A DNA stretch of 64,000 nt, taken from assembly GCF_032444005.1 (NCBI RefSeq), contig NC_091283.1:626944001-627008000 (forward strand), read 5' to 3'. This document shows, piece by piece, positions 1 through 12,545 of the stretch. The position numbers and the translations under genes were made by a program. The stretch is from Ranitomeya imitator. Taxonomy: Eukaryota. Positions within the stretch are counted from its first letter, which is position 1; the number at the start of each line of letters is the position of its first letter. The notes beneath the pieces were generated by a model. That model ran no database searches and had not been told where the DNA came from. It saw only the letters and a program-made list of their open reading frames with translations.

Positions 1-469
1 ACCCAGGACATTCAAAAAATAAACTCACTTCTCCGCTGGGAACGCTGCTCGCATGTCTCCACCAATTGTAGGGGTTCCACTCACTCAGCTGCGACGGCTG
101 ACACTCAGGAGGCAGGTTCCTTTAAAGTTCACTGGGTTTATTGCTCCATAAACCATATGACAAAACAACAGAAAGCAAATAGCCTTTGGGTCAGGCAAAG
201 AAAAACAAGGGTCCAGTTCATCCGGCTCAGTCCTGAAGCCGTAACACACTCAGGAGGGTTTCACCTCCACACATATCTCTCTGTGTTAAGCATTAGGCTT
301 TCTTTTATATGTCTAACCACACCCAGAACCCATCACATGACCAGACATGTGGTTGTGACATCACCACAGGTCCTGAAACACATATAGGTAGCTATGGTTA
401 CATCACAGTAGCAAGCCATCTATAAGGGACATATCTCCCATCGATTAGACACCCTTTAGCCACGCTACA
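1..469 (-). mobile_element. LTR-like element, truncated by the window edge
   Basis: Ends ...GCTACA (minus strand starts TGTAGC) directly against a (TA)n tract; minus-strand AATAAA near 135-140. Confidence 0.45.
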
Positions 470-486
470 ATATATATATATATATA

Positions 487-1118
487 GTAGTGCAGCGATA
501 TCCACGCTGTGCAGTGATGAGGCAGTGACCCAGGAAAGTTCCAAAACAAAAGTCTTTTTAATGGTCAACTAACAAAAATACACAGCACCTCATATCCTCC
601 GGATCACAGCCCAGAGGTATATCCTCCAGATTTCAGCCAATAAGCATGCCAGTCCACCTACAAGACCAGTTGCCGTGGGCAACTGCACTATCGTGTATGG
701 TGTGGGTGCCAGGCTTTTCAGCTTCCTTGTTTGTTTGGCTCCCTTCCTGTGTTCCCTCACACAGGTGGAGCTCTGCAGAGACTTCCACTCTGCACCTTGC
801 AAACTCCAAACTGACACTGACACTGACCCTGACACACCCAAACCCTTTACAGCAGGGTTTTAACTAGAAAATGTGGCCGGGGGAGGGAACAGACTGCCCC
901 ACTACAATCCTGTAGTCCATTTAAAAAATATAAGCTCATCAGGTTTTCTTAAATCTTCCCTGGACAAATAGCAAGAACTATACTCTTTTTTATTTTGCAT
1001 TGCAATCACAGCTACGTCTGTGACTGGAATGCACTCCCATGGCCTCAATACGCCTCCGTGCATATCCTGGGGGGAACACACAGCGACCCTCACATGTGAT
1101 GCCGATCTCTGCCTCACA
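487..1118 (-). mobile_element. Solo-LTR-like element in a (TA)n microsatellite
   Basis: Bounded on both sides by TA repeats; right end ...CTCACA (minus strand starts TG); internal (CTGACA)n. Confidence 0.45.

Positions 1119-1180
<62 letters not shown>
1119..1180. repeat. (TA)n microsatellite
   Basis: About 31 TA units with one interruption. Confidence 0.97.
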
Positions 1181-1189
<9 letters not shown>

Positions 1190-1210
1190 CATAGATAGTG
1201 TGTTTATATA

Positions 1211-2450
1211 CAGGTGCTTCTCACAAAATTAGAATATCATCAAAAAGTTTATTTCAGTTCCTCAATACAAAAGTGGAACTCATATATTATATTATAGAGT
1301 CATTAGAGTCATGGGAAGAGGGAATCAATATCACCATTACACACTGAACGGGAAACCACTGGGTAAATCTGACAGGGAGAAGGACTTGGGGATCCTAGTT
1401 AATGATAAACTTACCTGGAGCAGCCAGTGCCAGGCAGCAGCTGCCAAGGCAAACAGGATCATGGGGTGCATTAAAAGAGGTCTGGATACACATGATGAGA
1501 GCATTATACTGCCTCTGTACAAATCCCTAGTTAGACCGCACATGGAGTACTGTGTCCAGTTTTGGGCACCGGTGCTCAGGAAGGATATAATGGAACTAGA
1601 GAGAGTACAAAGGAGGGCAACAAAATTAATAAAGGGGATGGGAGAACTACAATACCCAGATAGATTAGCGAAATTAGGATTATTTAGTCTAGAAAAAAGA
1701 CGACTGAGGGGCGATCTAATAACCATGTATAAGTATATAAGGGGACAATACAAATATCTCGCTGAGGATCTGTTTATACCAAGGAAGGTGACGGGCACAA
1801 GGGGGCATTCTTTGCGTCTGGAGGAGAGAAGGTTTTTCCACCAACATAGAAGAGGATTCTTTACTGTTAGGGCAGTGAGAATCTGGAATTGCTTGCCTGA
1901 GGAGGTGGTGATGGCGAACTCAGTCGAGGGGTTCAAGAGAGGCCTGGATGTCTTCCTGGAGCAGAACAATATTGTATCATACAATTATTAGGTTCTGTAG
2001 AAGGACGTAGATCTGGGTATTTATTTATTATGATGGAATATAGGCTAAACTGGATGGACAAATGTCTTTTTTCGGCCTTACTAACTATGTATTACAAACA
2101 GAGTGCTCTATTTCAATTGTTCCGTATGTGTTTCACCACCCTCCCTGCACTGCATGACTTCATGTGAATAAATCGCTTTTTGCTCAACACCGGTGAGTGC
2201 GCTGTTACTTTTCTTGTTCTGGATACTCTTATACAAATTGTTTTTTTCATGAAGCAGCACCCAGGTGGAGCTTGTATAGCGATTACTTTTTTTCCATTGT
2301 GACTAAAGGCTTATACGGTGTGGCATTCAATACCCCTGAAGCAAAAAGGGTCTAACGTATAACGGCTGTGCGATTGCAATATTTCTGGACTGTGGACTTA
2401 TTTCAAGTGTTTATTTCTGTTAATGTTAATGATTATGGCATACAGTCAAT
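1211..2450. mobile_element. Tc1/mariner terminal fragment interrupted by CR1
   Basis: TA|CAGGTGCTTCTCACAAAATTAGAATATC; colinear with the uninterrupted copy at 47999. Confidence 0.75.
1310..2090 (+). mobile_element. CR1 LINE, 5'-truncated (ORF2 C-terminus plus 3' UTR)
   Basis: ORF 1311-1991 nearly identical to the C-terminal 226 aa of the CR1 at 30231-32020; ends ...TAACTATGT. Confidence 0.93.
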
Positions 2451-3079
2451 GCAGAGCTCGGAGGCATGGCGTGTTTGTAAATAGTATTTTTTTTCCTAAC
2501 TTTATGTGTGCACATTGCGGGTAGCCAATCAGAGTGTAGGAAACATTCACAATGTCCTGACACAACAGCTTTTGTCATTGGCTGCTGAAATCACATTTCC
2601 CTCCCTATATAAAGAGCAGACATCTTGTTTTTGACCATTTGGAAACTGTAACAGCACAGAGAGGCTGCTTCTGACACTGGCAGTGTTAGAAGATATAGTT
2701 TAGATTGTTAGCTAGGCGGTTGTTTCTTACTCAGATAGTTTAGCCAGGTAGTGTCTTGTGTGGCTGTGAAATCGACCTTCCAGCTATTTTTTTGTTGTTG
2801 CCATTACTGAGGTTCACAGACAAAGCCAGCAGAGCACATGTCATACAAGTGTGTTGTACACTGCTTTATTATTATACATTTATTATTATACATTTTTATA
2901 GCGCCATTTATTCCATGGCGCTTTACATGTGAATACGGGGCAAATATAGACAAATAAATTAAACACTGCTTCTATTGTGTTCCATGTACGGGTATAAAAT
3001 CTTATTTTTTCACTAGCTAAATGTGAAACAGCATGCCATATCCCACTTTGACATTTAGTGCTGTGATGGCATTGTGTTA

Positions 3080-3285
3080 GGGTATGTGTCCACGTTCAGG
3101 ATTGCATCAGGATTTGGTCAGGATTTTATGTCAGTATTTGTAAGCCAAAACCAGGAGTGGGTGATAAATGCAGAAGTGGTGCATATGTTTCTATTATACT
3201 TTTCCTCTAATTGTTCCACTCCTGGTTTTGGCTTACAAATACTGACATAAAATCCTGACCAAATCCTGAACGTGGACACATACCC
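3080..3285. mobile_element. PIF/Harbinger-type palindromic MITE
   Basis: TTA|GGGTATGTGTCCACGTTCAGGA ... TCCTGAACGTGGACACATACCC|TTA; 3-bp TTA TSD. Confidence 0.88.
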
Positions 3286-4180
3286 TTAGGCATCGGGATT
3301 TTCCCTCTGCACCGGGTAGATCCAAAGTGTTGTCTGACTTTGCAGTCTCCCATTCTGTTCAGGCCGCAGTAGGGGCTGCTCAGCAAAGAAGTCAGTCTCA
3401 GCGTCTTGCTCAGACTCAGGCTGTTCACTTGGTTACTGCTGGCCTTCCAGCCAAAGTTATGGTAATCAGCAATAAGCAGCGGCAAACAGACGCCCCAGAT
3501 GCTAAGTCCTGAAATCACTCTACTGAGCATGCTCGTGAGGTGGCGACTTCTCGTTGGTGGTCGGTCGTCAGCTGCTCAGGTGAGGTGGCAGTTACGGATT
3601 GGTCTTCGAGCAAGGTCCTGTTTGACTGGACTTAAGCGGAACGTATAAAAGGTTCTCTGGAACGCACGCTGATGTGCTAAAGATTATTTATATCTTATGA
3701 GTGTATGGAACATAATGGTAGTGTTGACTTGTCTGGTTGTGCACAGGGCAGACGTATAGCCTTTAGAATTCCGACACCTCCGGAGAGGAGTTTGAGTGAA
3801 TTCAGGGCAAGCCTGTAGCCTTTGGAATTACGGCACCTCCAGAGAGGAGTTTGTGTGCGTGCACATGCTGTGATTGTGTCCACTACCTGTTCCCTTGCCT
3901 CTGTGAGGGTTGCGTTCTCCTGTGACGTTAACAGGGATCGTCTTTAGCACGATACCTGCTCTGTTAGTGTGTGAGAGTGACACAGCTCTACTGCAGAACA
4001 TCTATTCTGTTGCTGTGTGCGAGTGACACAGCTTCATGTGTTATACACTGAGTGACGTTTAACTCAGTGCAAGCTAGCTATTGCTCGCTGTGTGTTCAGC
4101 CATTGTTCATATTAGCTGCAGTTTTCCATCTCTGCATGGTGGACTTTAGATTGCAATCGCACTTCACCATAATTTATGTT

Positions 4181-6412
4181 CATTAATAATAATAATTTTT
4201 ATTTATATAGCGGCAACATATTCCGCAGCACTTTACAATTAAGCGGGGACATGTACAGGCAATAAATTCAATACAAGTTAAGACAATTTAAACAGTGACA
4301 TTAGGGGTGAGGTTCCTGCTCGCAAGCTTACAATCTACAAGGAAATGGGGGGACACAATAGGTGAAAAGTGCTTGTTATTTCAGGTCTGGCAATTATAAT
4401 AAATAGGGATTTTCATATAAAGCTGCATGATCCGGTCATCAGCCCATGTGTTTAAGTGCAATAGTCAAGTATCAAGTGCAGTTATCATGTGCATGGAGGG
4501 TGTGGAGACAGATGAAGAGTAGGGTGCAGATTCAGAATAATATTTGGAAGGAAAGAACAGGGCAAAGTTAGTTTACTGAGTAGTTGATGTGGTAGGCTTG
4601 TTTGAAGAGATGGGTTTTCAAAGCGCGCTTGAATAGGTCGGGGCTAGGCATCAGCCTGATCGTCTGGGGAAGTGCATTCCAGAGAGCTGGCGCAGCACGA
4701 CAGAAGTCTTGGAGACAGAGGTGCGAGGTTTGGATATTAAGGTACCATTACACTAAACTATTTACCAACGATCACGACCAGCGATACGACCTGGCCGTGA
4801 TCGTTGGTAAGTCGTTGTGTGGTCGCTGGGGAGCTGTCACACAGACAGCTCTCTCCAGCGACCAACGATCAGGGGGAAAACTTCGGCATCGTTGAAGCTG
4901 TCTTCAACGATGCCGAAGTCCCCGGGTAACCAGGGTAAACATCGGGTTACTAAGTGCAGGGCCGCGCTTAGTAACCCGATATTTACCCTGGATACCATTG
5001 TAAAAGTAAAAAAAAACACATACTCACATTCCGATGTCTGTCACGTCCCCCGGCGTCAGCTTCCCTGCACTGTGTAAGCGCCGGCTGTAAAGCAGAGCGG
5101 TGACATCACCGCTGTGCTCTGCTTTACGGATAGCCGGCGCTGACACAGTCAGTGCGGGAAGCTGACGGCGGGGGACGTGACAGACATCGGAATGTGAGTA
5201 TGTAGTGTTTTTTTTTAACTTTTACAATGGTAACCAGGGTAAATATCGAGTTACTAAGCGCGGCCCTGCGCTTAGTAACCTGATATTTACCCTGGTTACC
5301 AGTGAACACATCGCTGGATCGGTGTCACGCACGCCGATTCAGCGATGACAGCGGGTGATCAGCGACCAAAAAAAGGTCCTGATCATTCCCAGCGACCAAC
5401 GATCTCCCAGCAGGCGCCTGATCGTTGGTCGCTGTCACGCATAACGATTTTGTTAACGATATCGTTGCTACGTCACAAAAAGCAACGATATCGTTAACGA
5501 AATCGTTATGTGTGAAGGTACCTTTAGTCTTAGGTCATTTGTAGAACGGAGGGCACGTGTAGGGTGATAGACAGAGATGAGAGAGGAGATATAAGGCGGT
5601 GCAGAACTGTGGAGAGCTTTGTGGGTGAGAGAGATGAGTTTATACTGGACCCTGTAGTGAATGGGTAGCCAGTGTAATGACTGGCACAAGATGCAGGCAT
5701 CGGTGTAGCGGCTGGACAGAAATATGACCCTGGCTGCTGCATTCAAAATGGATTGGAGAGCAGAAAGTTTGGTAAGAGGGAGACCGATCAGAAGAGAGTT
5801 GCTGTAGTCCAGACGAGAATGAATAAGAGAGACAGTAAGAGTCTTAGCAGTTTCAAAGGTGAGAAAAAGTCGGATTCTGGAGATGTTTTTAAGATGCAGG
5901 TGACAAGAGCGAGTGAGTGATCGGATATAGGAAGTAAAGGAAAGTTCGGTGTCGAATATGACCCCAAGACAGCGGGCATGCTGCTTGGAAGTTATGTTTG
6001 AACCCTCCAGGGTAATTTCGATGTTGGGTAGAGTGAGGTTAGTAGAAGGGAGAAACACAATAAGTTCCGTTTTCGAGAGATTTAGTTTCAGATAGAAGGA
6101 GGACATGATGATAGAGACAGCAGACAGACAATCCTTGGTATTTTGAATTAGGGTATGGGTGATGTCCGGGGAAGAAGTGTATAATTGGGTGTCGTCAGTA
6201 TAGAGATGATACCCATATCTGCTGATTGTTTATCCAATAGGGGCAGTGTATAGAGAGAAGAGGAGGGGGCCTAGGACTGAGCCGTGCGGAAACCCTGATA
6301 GTAAGGGGACGAGGAGAGGAAGAGGAGCCGGCAAAACATACAGTGAAGGAGCGGTCAGAGAGGTAGGAGGAGAACCAGGAGAGGGCTGTGTCCTTGAGGC
6401 CTATAAAGCGAT
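4181..6412 (-). mobile_element. L2 LINE 3' portion, degenerate, split by a MITE
   Basis: Minus-strand ORFs 5468-6106 (LKLNLSKTEL...SRLDYSNSLL) and 6195-6428; (AAT)n/tail at about 4181-4210. Confidence 0.88.
4740..5523. mobile_element. Harbinger-type MITE, AGGTACC family
   Basis: TTA|AGGTACC..CAC ... GTGTGAAGGTACCT|TTA; internal inverted repeats; related to 53063 and 60847. Confidence 0.85.
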
Positions 6413-8779
6413 CTGACAACCCTAACACATTGTTCTGTGATTTGAGCTGTTGTGCATGAACAAATATTTTTTGGTGTAGTTGCTACCATGATTCACCATG
6501 CCATATCTCACCTTATTATTTAGTGGCAGTGAAATTCCACAGTGTGTATAGCTCATGTACTTTAAAAAAAAAATTCTGTTGCAAAACGTGATACAGTCCA
6601 TTGTATCCAACATTGTCATTTTGTGGCTGTCTGCAGACCTCATGCACATTAAAAAAAAAATTCTGTTGGTAAACAATTCGACCCGCCGTATTCCATGTTG
6701 TAATGTTATGGCGGTGATATGAAATTGTCTGCAGACCTTAAACATATTAAAAAACATTAATAATTTTTTCTGTTGAAAATAGTGATACATCCCACCATGT
6801 CCCACGTTGTCATTTTGTGGTGGTGATATGAAGAGTGATACAGCCTGCTATATCCAACCATGTCATTTAGTGGCGTTGAAATTGTTCTGTGTGTAGAGCC
6901 GTGCACATTAATTTTTTTTTTTTACAAATTTGATACAGCAGCCACGATCTGAGTTTGAAATTGTTTTGAACCTGTCTTCTAGATTATGCGCATCTTTGGC
7001 ATCCAATTTCTCTCTGACATCTTTTATGCCTAGCTTGAGACGCGCATCTGTTACACCTATCCTCTAACGAGCATCAACTGCTCTCTGGTAATTGGTGTTG
7101 GGTAAACGACTAATCGTTGTAAGCTGGATCCCGGATCTCATACCTCCCATAGCTGCCCTGTTATAGATCCTGTTGTATATTCCCATTTAACGACACGTCA
7201 GCCATATTTCTCTGGCAAACTTGTACCTTACCAGCAGCAACTGTAGGAAAGAGGGCATTCCAACCCAAGGGACAATCTTCTAGATTACACGGGCCTCAGC
7301 CACACTAAAAATATATTTTTTTATGTTACTAATGGGACACAGAAAGGGAGGTCTCAGTTTGAAATTGGAGCATGTAGTCAATGTTATACAGGCCTTGTCG
7401 ACAGGCCCCTCAAAAATTCTTCTGTTACTAATGTAATACAGTAGGGGACATCTAATTAAAAAATAGTTTGAAGCATATCTTCGTCATCCAACCCTCATCC
7501 ACACTTAATTCTTTCTTCTGTATATAGCCTATTCTCTACTTCTCTACTTTTGTAAACAAGCACCTGTTATTTTTGTCACCCCCACCTGTAGGCTCTGAAG
7601 AGCAGGGTCATCATTATTTTTGCTTTAATTGTTTGATTATCTTAAATTTGGTAAATTTTGACTGTTTTATATGAACTTCTGACATGTAAAGCTATGCGGA
7701 ATGTGTTTGCGATATACAGTATAAATAAAGATTATTATTATTAGTAGATTGAAGATGTGAAGTTCAAGCTGTTAGTTTTGCCATGTGTAGGAGGAAAGAA
7801 TCTTTTACATGAGCACAACTGCACAAACAAGGGCTCGCTGCTGTCCTGACACAGGGTGGAGAAGGGTGAACACGACAAGCTTCTGGACTGTGAGAGAGGT
7901 GCAGGAGGAAATGTTACAGTGGATTGAGAAAGATAGGGTGATTTTGGTATGTAAGATCAGTCAGAAACAGCAGGCATGTCCACTTCCGTATCAGCTGACA
8001 GGCTCTCAGTCAAGCCAACTGTAGGGGGTAAACAAGTGAAGATTCTGCGGCCAAAGACTTGTGTGACAACACTTGCCACGGTAAGCGAGGAGGAAGAATC
8101 AGAAGATACGGTTGATAGAGTGCATTACAGCACAGGGACATTCCCAGATTGATGCATGTTGATTGCGCATGTGCCAGTTCATGCATGTAGTACTGAAATT
8201 ATTTCATTTTTTTAACTCTACTATGTAGTTTTTAAAAAATTTGACAGATAACGTGATTTTTAGATCTTTGCAGGTCTGAAAAAAAAAACCAAGCTAGGCA
8301 ACTGCAGAACCGCGAATGCTGTTGTCTACTGCCAGAGTTGGGCTCAGGATGCATTGGTTGTCATGGTTGCATAACTCTGGGTTTACATAACCTCCTTGTC
8401 TTCCTCCTCCTCCTCTGCTGAGCTGCATGCCTCTGGGTTTACACCAAGTGTGATTTACTACCTCATCGTCATCCTCTCTGTGTGAACAATTCTGCAGACT
8501 CAGCCATCTGTGGTTCGAAATAGTCAGTTGGGCAGTTGGAGAGCTGTGATGTGGGTGAAAACAAGGGTAATTGGGGTGCCAGCACTGAGGACTGTACTGT
8601 GTGTGATGCTAAGGTGGAGGAAGAGGAGCAGAGGCCGCTTGATGCAGCGCTTGCCATCTGCTGGACCACATGTTCTTTTTGGCCCTCGTCTACAAAGCGT
8701 ACCGCTGTACAACTGCCAAAGAAAGGGAGCGGAGTAGCCCGTCCAGTAACAGAAGTTGTAAAAATGCTGCGCAATTGCT

Positions 8780-9440
8780 CACTGCAGGAAAACAAACTGA
8801 CTTCTCATCCCTCATATCATACCTGTCTCACAGCCCTAAACAGCTATTCAGTACTTTCAATTTTCTCCTGCGTCCTTCAGCTCCTCCCCCTCTCCTCTCA
8901 TCTCAGCTGAAGACTTTGCCTCACCACCTGTTAACTTGACACAATAATATCCCAACTCATTCCAAGCCTATCCCACTTCTTCAACCTGTAACTAACAACT
9001 GGTGTTTTCACTCCTGACTGAAATATACCTCGATCACACACATCCTCAAAAATCTCACCTTTGACCCATCCTTTGTGTCAAGCTATTGCCCCATATAATT
9101 TCTCCCCTATACCTCCAAAGTACTGGAGCAACATATCCATTTTGAAGTGTCCTACCACCGCTCCTCTTGCTCCCTCTTTGACCACTTACAATCCGGCTTC
9201 AGACCGCATTATGCCACTGAAACTGCCCTGACTATAGTCACCAATGACCTACTAACCATCAAATGAAAGCGACGTGAGTTTGTCCTCTTCCTTCTCCTGG
9301 ACCTGGCATCTGCTTTTGGCACAGTGTATCATTCCTTCTTACTACAGACTTTCTGATCTGTTGACATTACATACTTGGCCCTATATTGGATCTCCTCATA
9401 CCTAGACATTCAGTGTCTCCCACTCACTCCCACTATGTGT
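8780..9440 (+). mobile_element. Old L2 RT fragment
   Basis: Degenerate YNPASDR/ATETAL...NDLL-like sequence resembling the L2 at 33800-35000. Confidence 0.65.
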
Positions 9441-11933
9441 CGGTGTGTCCCTTAAGGTTCAGTCGCACTATGCTTATGCCACCTTCTGTAGGTCAGCCAT
9501 GGAGTAGCACCTGGTGCCACCTCCTTGTCCCTCCTTGGGTCGCAGTCTTCATCTGCTTCCACTTGTCGGAGTTGGGATTTGGTAGGCCACCTAGTAACAC
9601 TCCTCCAGGCTTTCAGATAGATACGGCACAGTGGTTCCACCACCTTGCCTATTACAGTCTCCATCTGCTGGGTTGGCTGCAGTGGAAGAGGTGTCCGTCC
9701 CCGCTATGCTAGTTCCACTCTATTGCAATTGATGCCACTTTGCTAGTGTCTGCCACTAATTTTTGTAAATGTGTAGGCTCCTAGTTGGGTCTCCTTCATG
9801 CGTGTTGCCTGTAGCAGTAGGCCTCCAAGACCGTCAGGAATCTACTTCCTTGTAGTCAACTATCCGTGTTACTATCCTTGTATTTTTCTTATAATAGCAG
9901 TCTACGAAACAGATATTTTTGCCACCTGTGTGTGGCTAAGCATGAAAGCAGGTAGAGCTGTTGCATGTGACATCAGGGCTTCCAGCACAGCAGGCCTACA
10001 CCAATCCCACACCCACCTTGTCTTACTTTGACGTTTAATTGAAAGCTGAAAATGCTGGCACAGATCCCGATACCTTATACAATTTGTACTGTTGGTGAAT
10101 AGCGGTCACTTTCCTGGTGTCTCCTTTTAATTTGATGTGTTTTGGCAGCTTTTGGGACTGTTTGAAAGTGTTGTGCATGCTTTTGTCTTTGCCTCCCATT
10201 GACTTGAATGACGTTCAGTTATGTTCAGCGAATATTCGACAAATGAATCGGCGAATGTTGCAAATTCGGCGATCGTAATCTGAAACGAACATTGAAATAT
10301 TTGCTTATCTCTTAATAGACACCTCTCCATTACTAACACCAATGCTTGATGCCTGGTGTGACTTTCAACAAATCACAGCTGACATCAACCCCAAGCCCCG
10401 TTTACCACAATTGCCACCGCACCAGGGCAATCGGGAAGAGTGAAGGTAAAGCGCCAGATTTGGGGCATCTAATGTGATAGAGTGGCTGTGGGCTGATGTT
10501 TTTAGGCTGGGAGGTGCCCACTAACCGTGAACCTTCAAAGACTGATAATATCAGCTCACAACTGCCTGCTTTACCTTTGCTGGCTCATAAAATAGTGGGG
10601 ACCTCCGTGTCATTTTTTGATTCTGAGTGTTCTGGCAGTGGATTTACTGCACTTGGCTGATGCAATTTCTTGGTTCCTTTTGAGATGTGTGTGTAAAAAT
10701 CCAATGGCATACGCATGGTCCATGTGCTGTCCATTTTTTTTCTCGCAGCCAATAACTTGCATTGGCGAGTGCAATCCAATTCTCTCCTGCCATCACACTC
10801 CCTAAAAGAGATTTGAGCAGTCAAGCTGAGCCTGCATGTGTACGGTGACAGGGGTATAGATTATTTGGGCTAACAGCTATCTGATGTGTGTGAACACTTA
10901 TTACTTACGTCCCTCGCACATTTGCATCCTCAATTCAGGCAAGAAGTTCATGTGTCCTATATGGGGAGAGGGGAGTAAGCCATTGTCCTCTGGAAGTCAC
11001 TTACCTCCCATGAAAGTTTGAAAGGATTTGTCAGGTTTGGCTGCCATTAATCTAGTGTGTATGGCTAGCATTATTCCAGATAGTAGTGTTTAACAGTTTA
11101 TGGTGCAGATTGGTGTGTGGCTGGATGTCCACCCAGCCACGGACGATTTTGAAAGTCATTGTCCTGCTGCAGGTGACCAAAATTGTGGCGACATACCCAG
11201 CTCCACTGTGTGGTCACATTTTTAGTTCTTTTCCCTTTCCCAGTGACATTACTTTTTACTGCCTATTGTCTTATAATAAGTCACCTGTTGGCCTGTTATC
11301 TTCTGAAAACTCCTATGATTTACCGTAAGAGAGATTAAGATAATAATGTCAATTGAGGAATTGCTATTCATGCACTTCTCTAATCTAGCCAAGAAATTTG
11401 GCTCCAATAGTAGAGCTTAGAAAAACTGTACATGCCTGCAAATACTGTACAAACAAGCATTGTGTAATTGAGACATTTTTTCCGAGCAAATAGAATTCTG
11501 TGTTTTGGGCACAATGGTCGGGTGCTATATATAGTGGTGTTCCCTATTTATCTAGTGCTGAAACGTTCTTTTGTAGAAAACATGTTCTATGTCATTGATT
11601 GGTGGCACATGAAGGAAGTGATATTTCATTTATTAATTGCTGAAAAACAATTGTCTTCATTGTAAATCATGATGTCTGATTGTGTAACTGAGGATTATAT
11701 AAGAGAACATTGTGTTACCTGCGGACTACCGCACCATAACCTGGGAATGCAATATCTACTGTATGTTCGCTTTCTATGCGTATTTATTTCATTTAACAAG
11801 AAAATCAGGGATCACTTCAATATGATGATTGGAAAAATAGGTCTTAAATGTGGCCCATCTGCAGTAACAGAGACAGTTTGTATTCCTTGAAAGAATAGCA
11901 TTGGGGGGGGGCAAAAATGGATTGCATCCTAAC

Positions 11934-12244
11934 TAGTGATGAGCGAATATACTCGTTACTCGAGATTTCCCGAGCACGCTCAGGTGTCCTCCGAGTATTT
12001 GTAAGTACTCGGAGATTTAGTTTTCATCACCTCAGCTGAATGATTTTCATCTGTTAGCCAGCTTGATTACATGTGGGGGTTCCCTAGCAACCAGGCAACC
12101 CCCACATGTACTTATGCTGGCTAACAGATGTAAATCATTCAGCTGAGGTGCTGAAAACTAAATCTCCGAGTACTTACAAATACTCGGAGGACACCCGAGT
12201 GTGCTCGGGAAATCTCGAGTAACGAGTATATTCGCTCATCACTA
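11934..12244. mobile_element. hAT-type palindromic MITE, copy 1
   Basis: ATCCTAAC|TAGTGATGAGCGAATATACTCG ... CGAGTATATTCGCTCATCACTA|ATCCTAAC; 8-bp TSD. Confidence 0.9.
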
Positions 12245-12252
12245 ATCCTAAC

Positions 12253-12545
12253 TAGTGATGAGCGAATATACTCGTTGCTTGGGTTTTCCCGAGCACACTC
12301 GGGTGACTTCCGAGTATTTGTTAGTGTTCGGAGATTAAGTTTTCATTGCGGCAACTGAATGATTTACAGCTACTAACGAGCTTGATTACATGTGGGAATT
12401 CCCCCTGGCAACCAGGCAACCCCCACATGTACTCAGCCTGGCTAATAGCTGTAAATCATTCAGCTGAGGTGATGAAAACTAAATCTCCGAACACTAACAA
12501 ATACTCGGAAGTCACCCGAGCAATGAGTATACTCGCTCATCACTA
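12253..12545. mobile_element. hAT-type palindromic MITE, copy 2
   Basis: Same TIR family and same 8-bp TSD ATCCTAAC (12245-12252 and 12546-12553). Confidence 0.9.

Noticed and set aside
902-1232. ORFs rich in IY repeats
   Set aside because: Translations of the (TA)n microsatellite.
1337-1984. 215-aa minus-strand ORF, repeated at 31258-31905 (also 30790-31233)
   Set aside because: Antisense shadow of CR1 ORF2; it recurs only because the CR1 is duplicated.
2520-2620. CCAAT plus TATATAAA as the gcgr promoter
   Set aside because: Embedded in repeat-like sequence among TE fragments, with no linked first exon identifiable.
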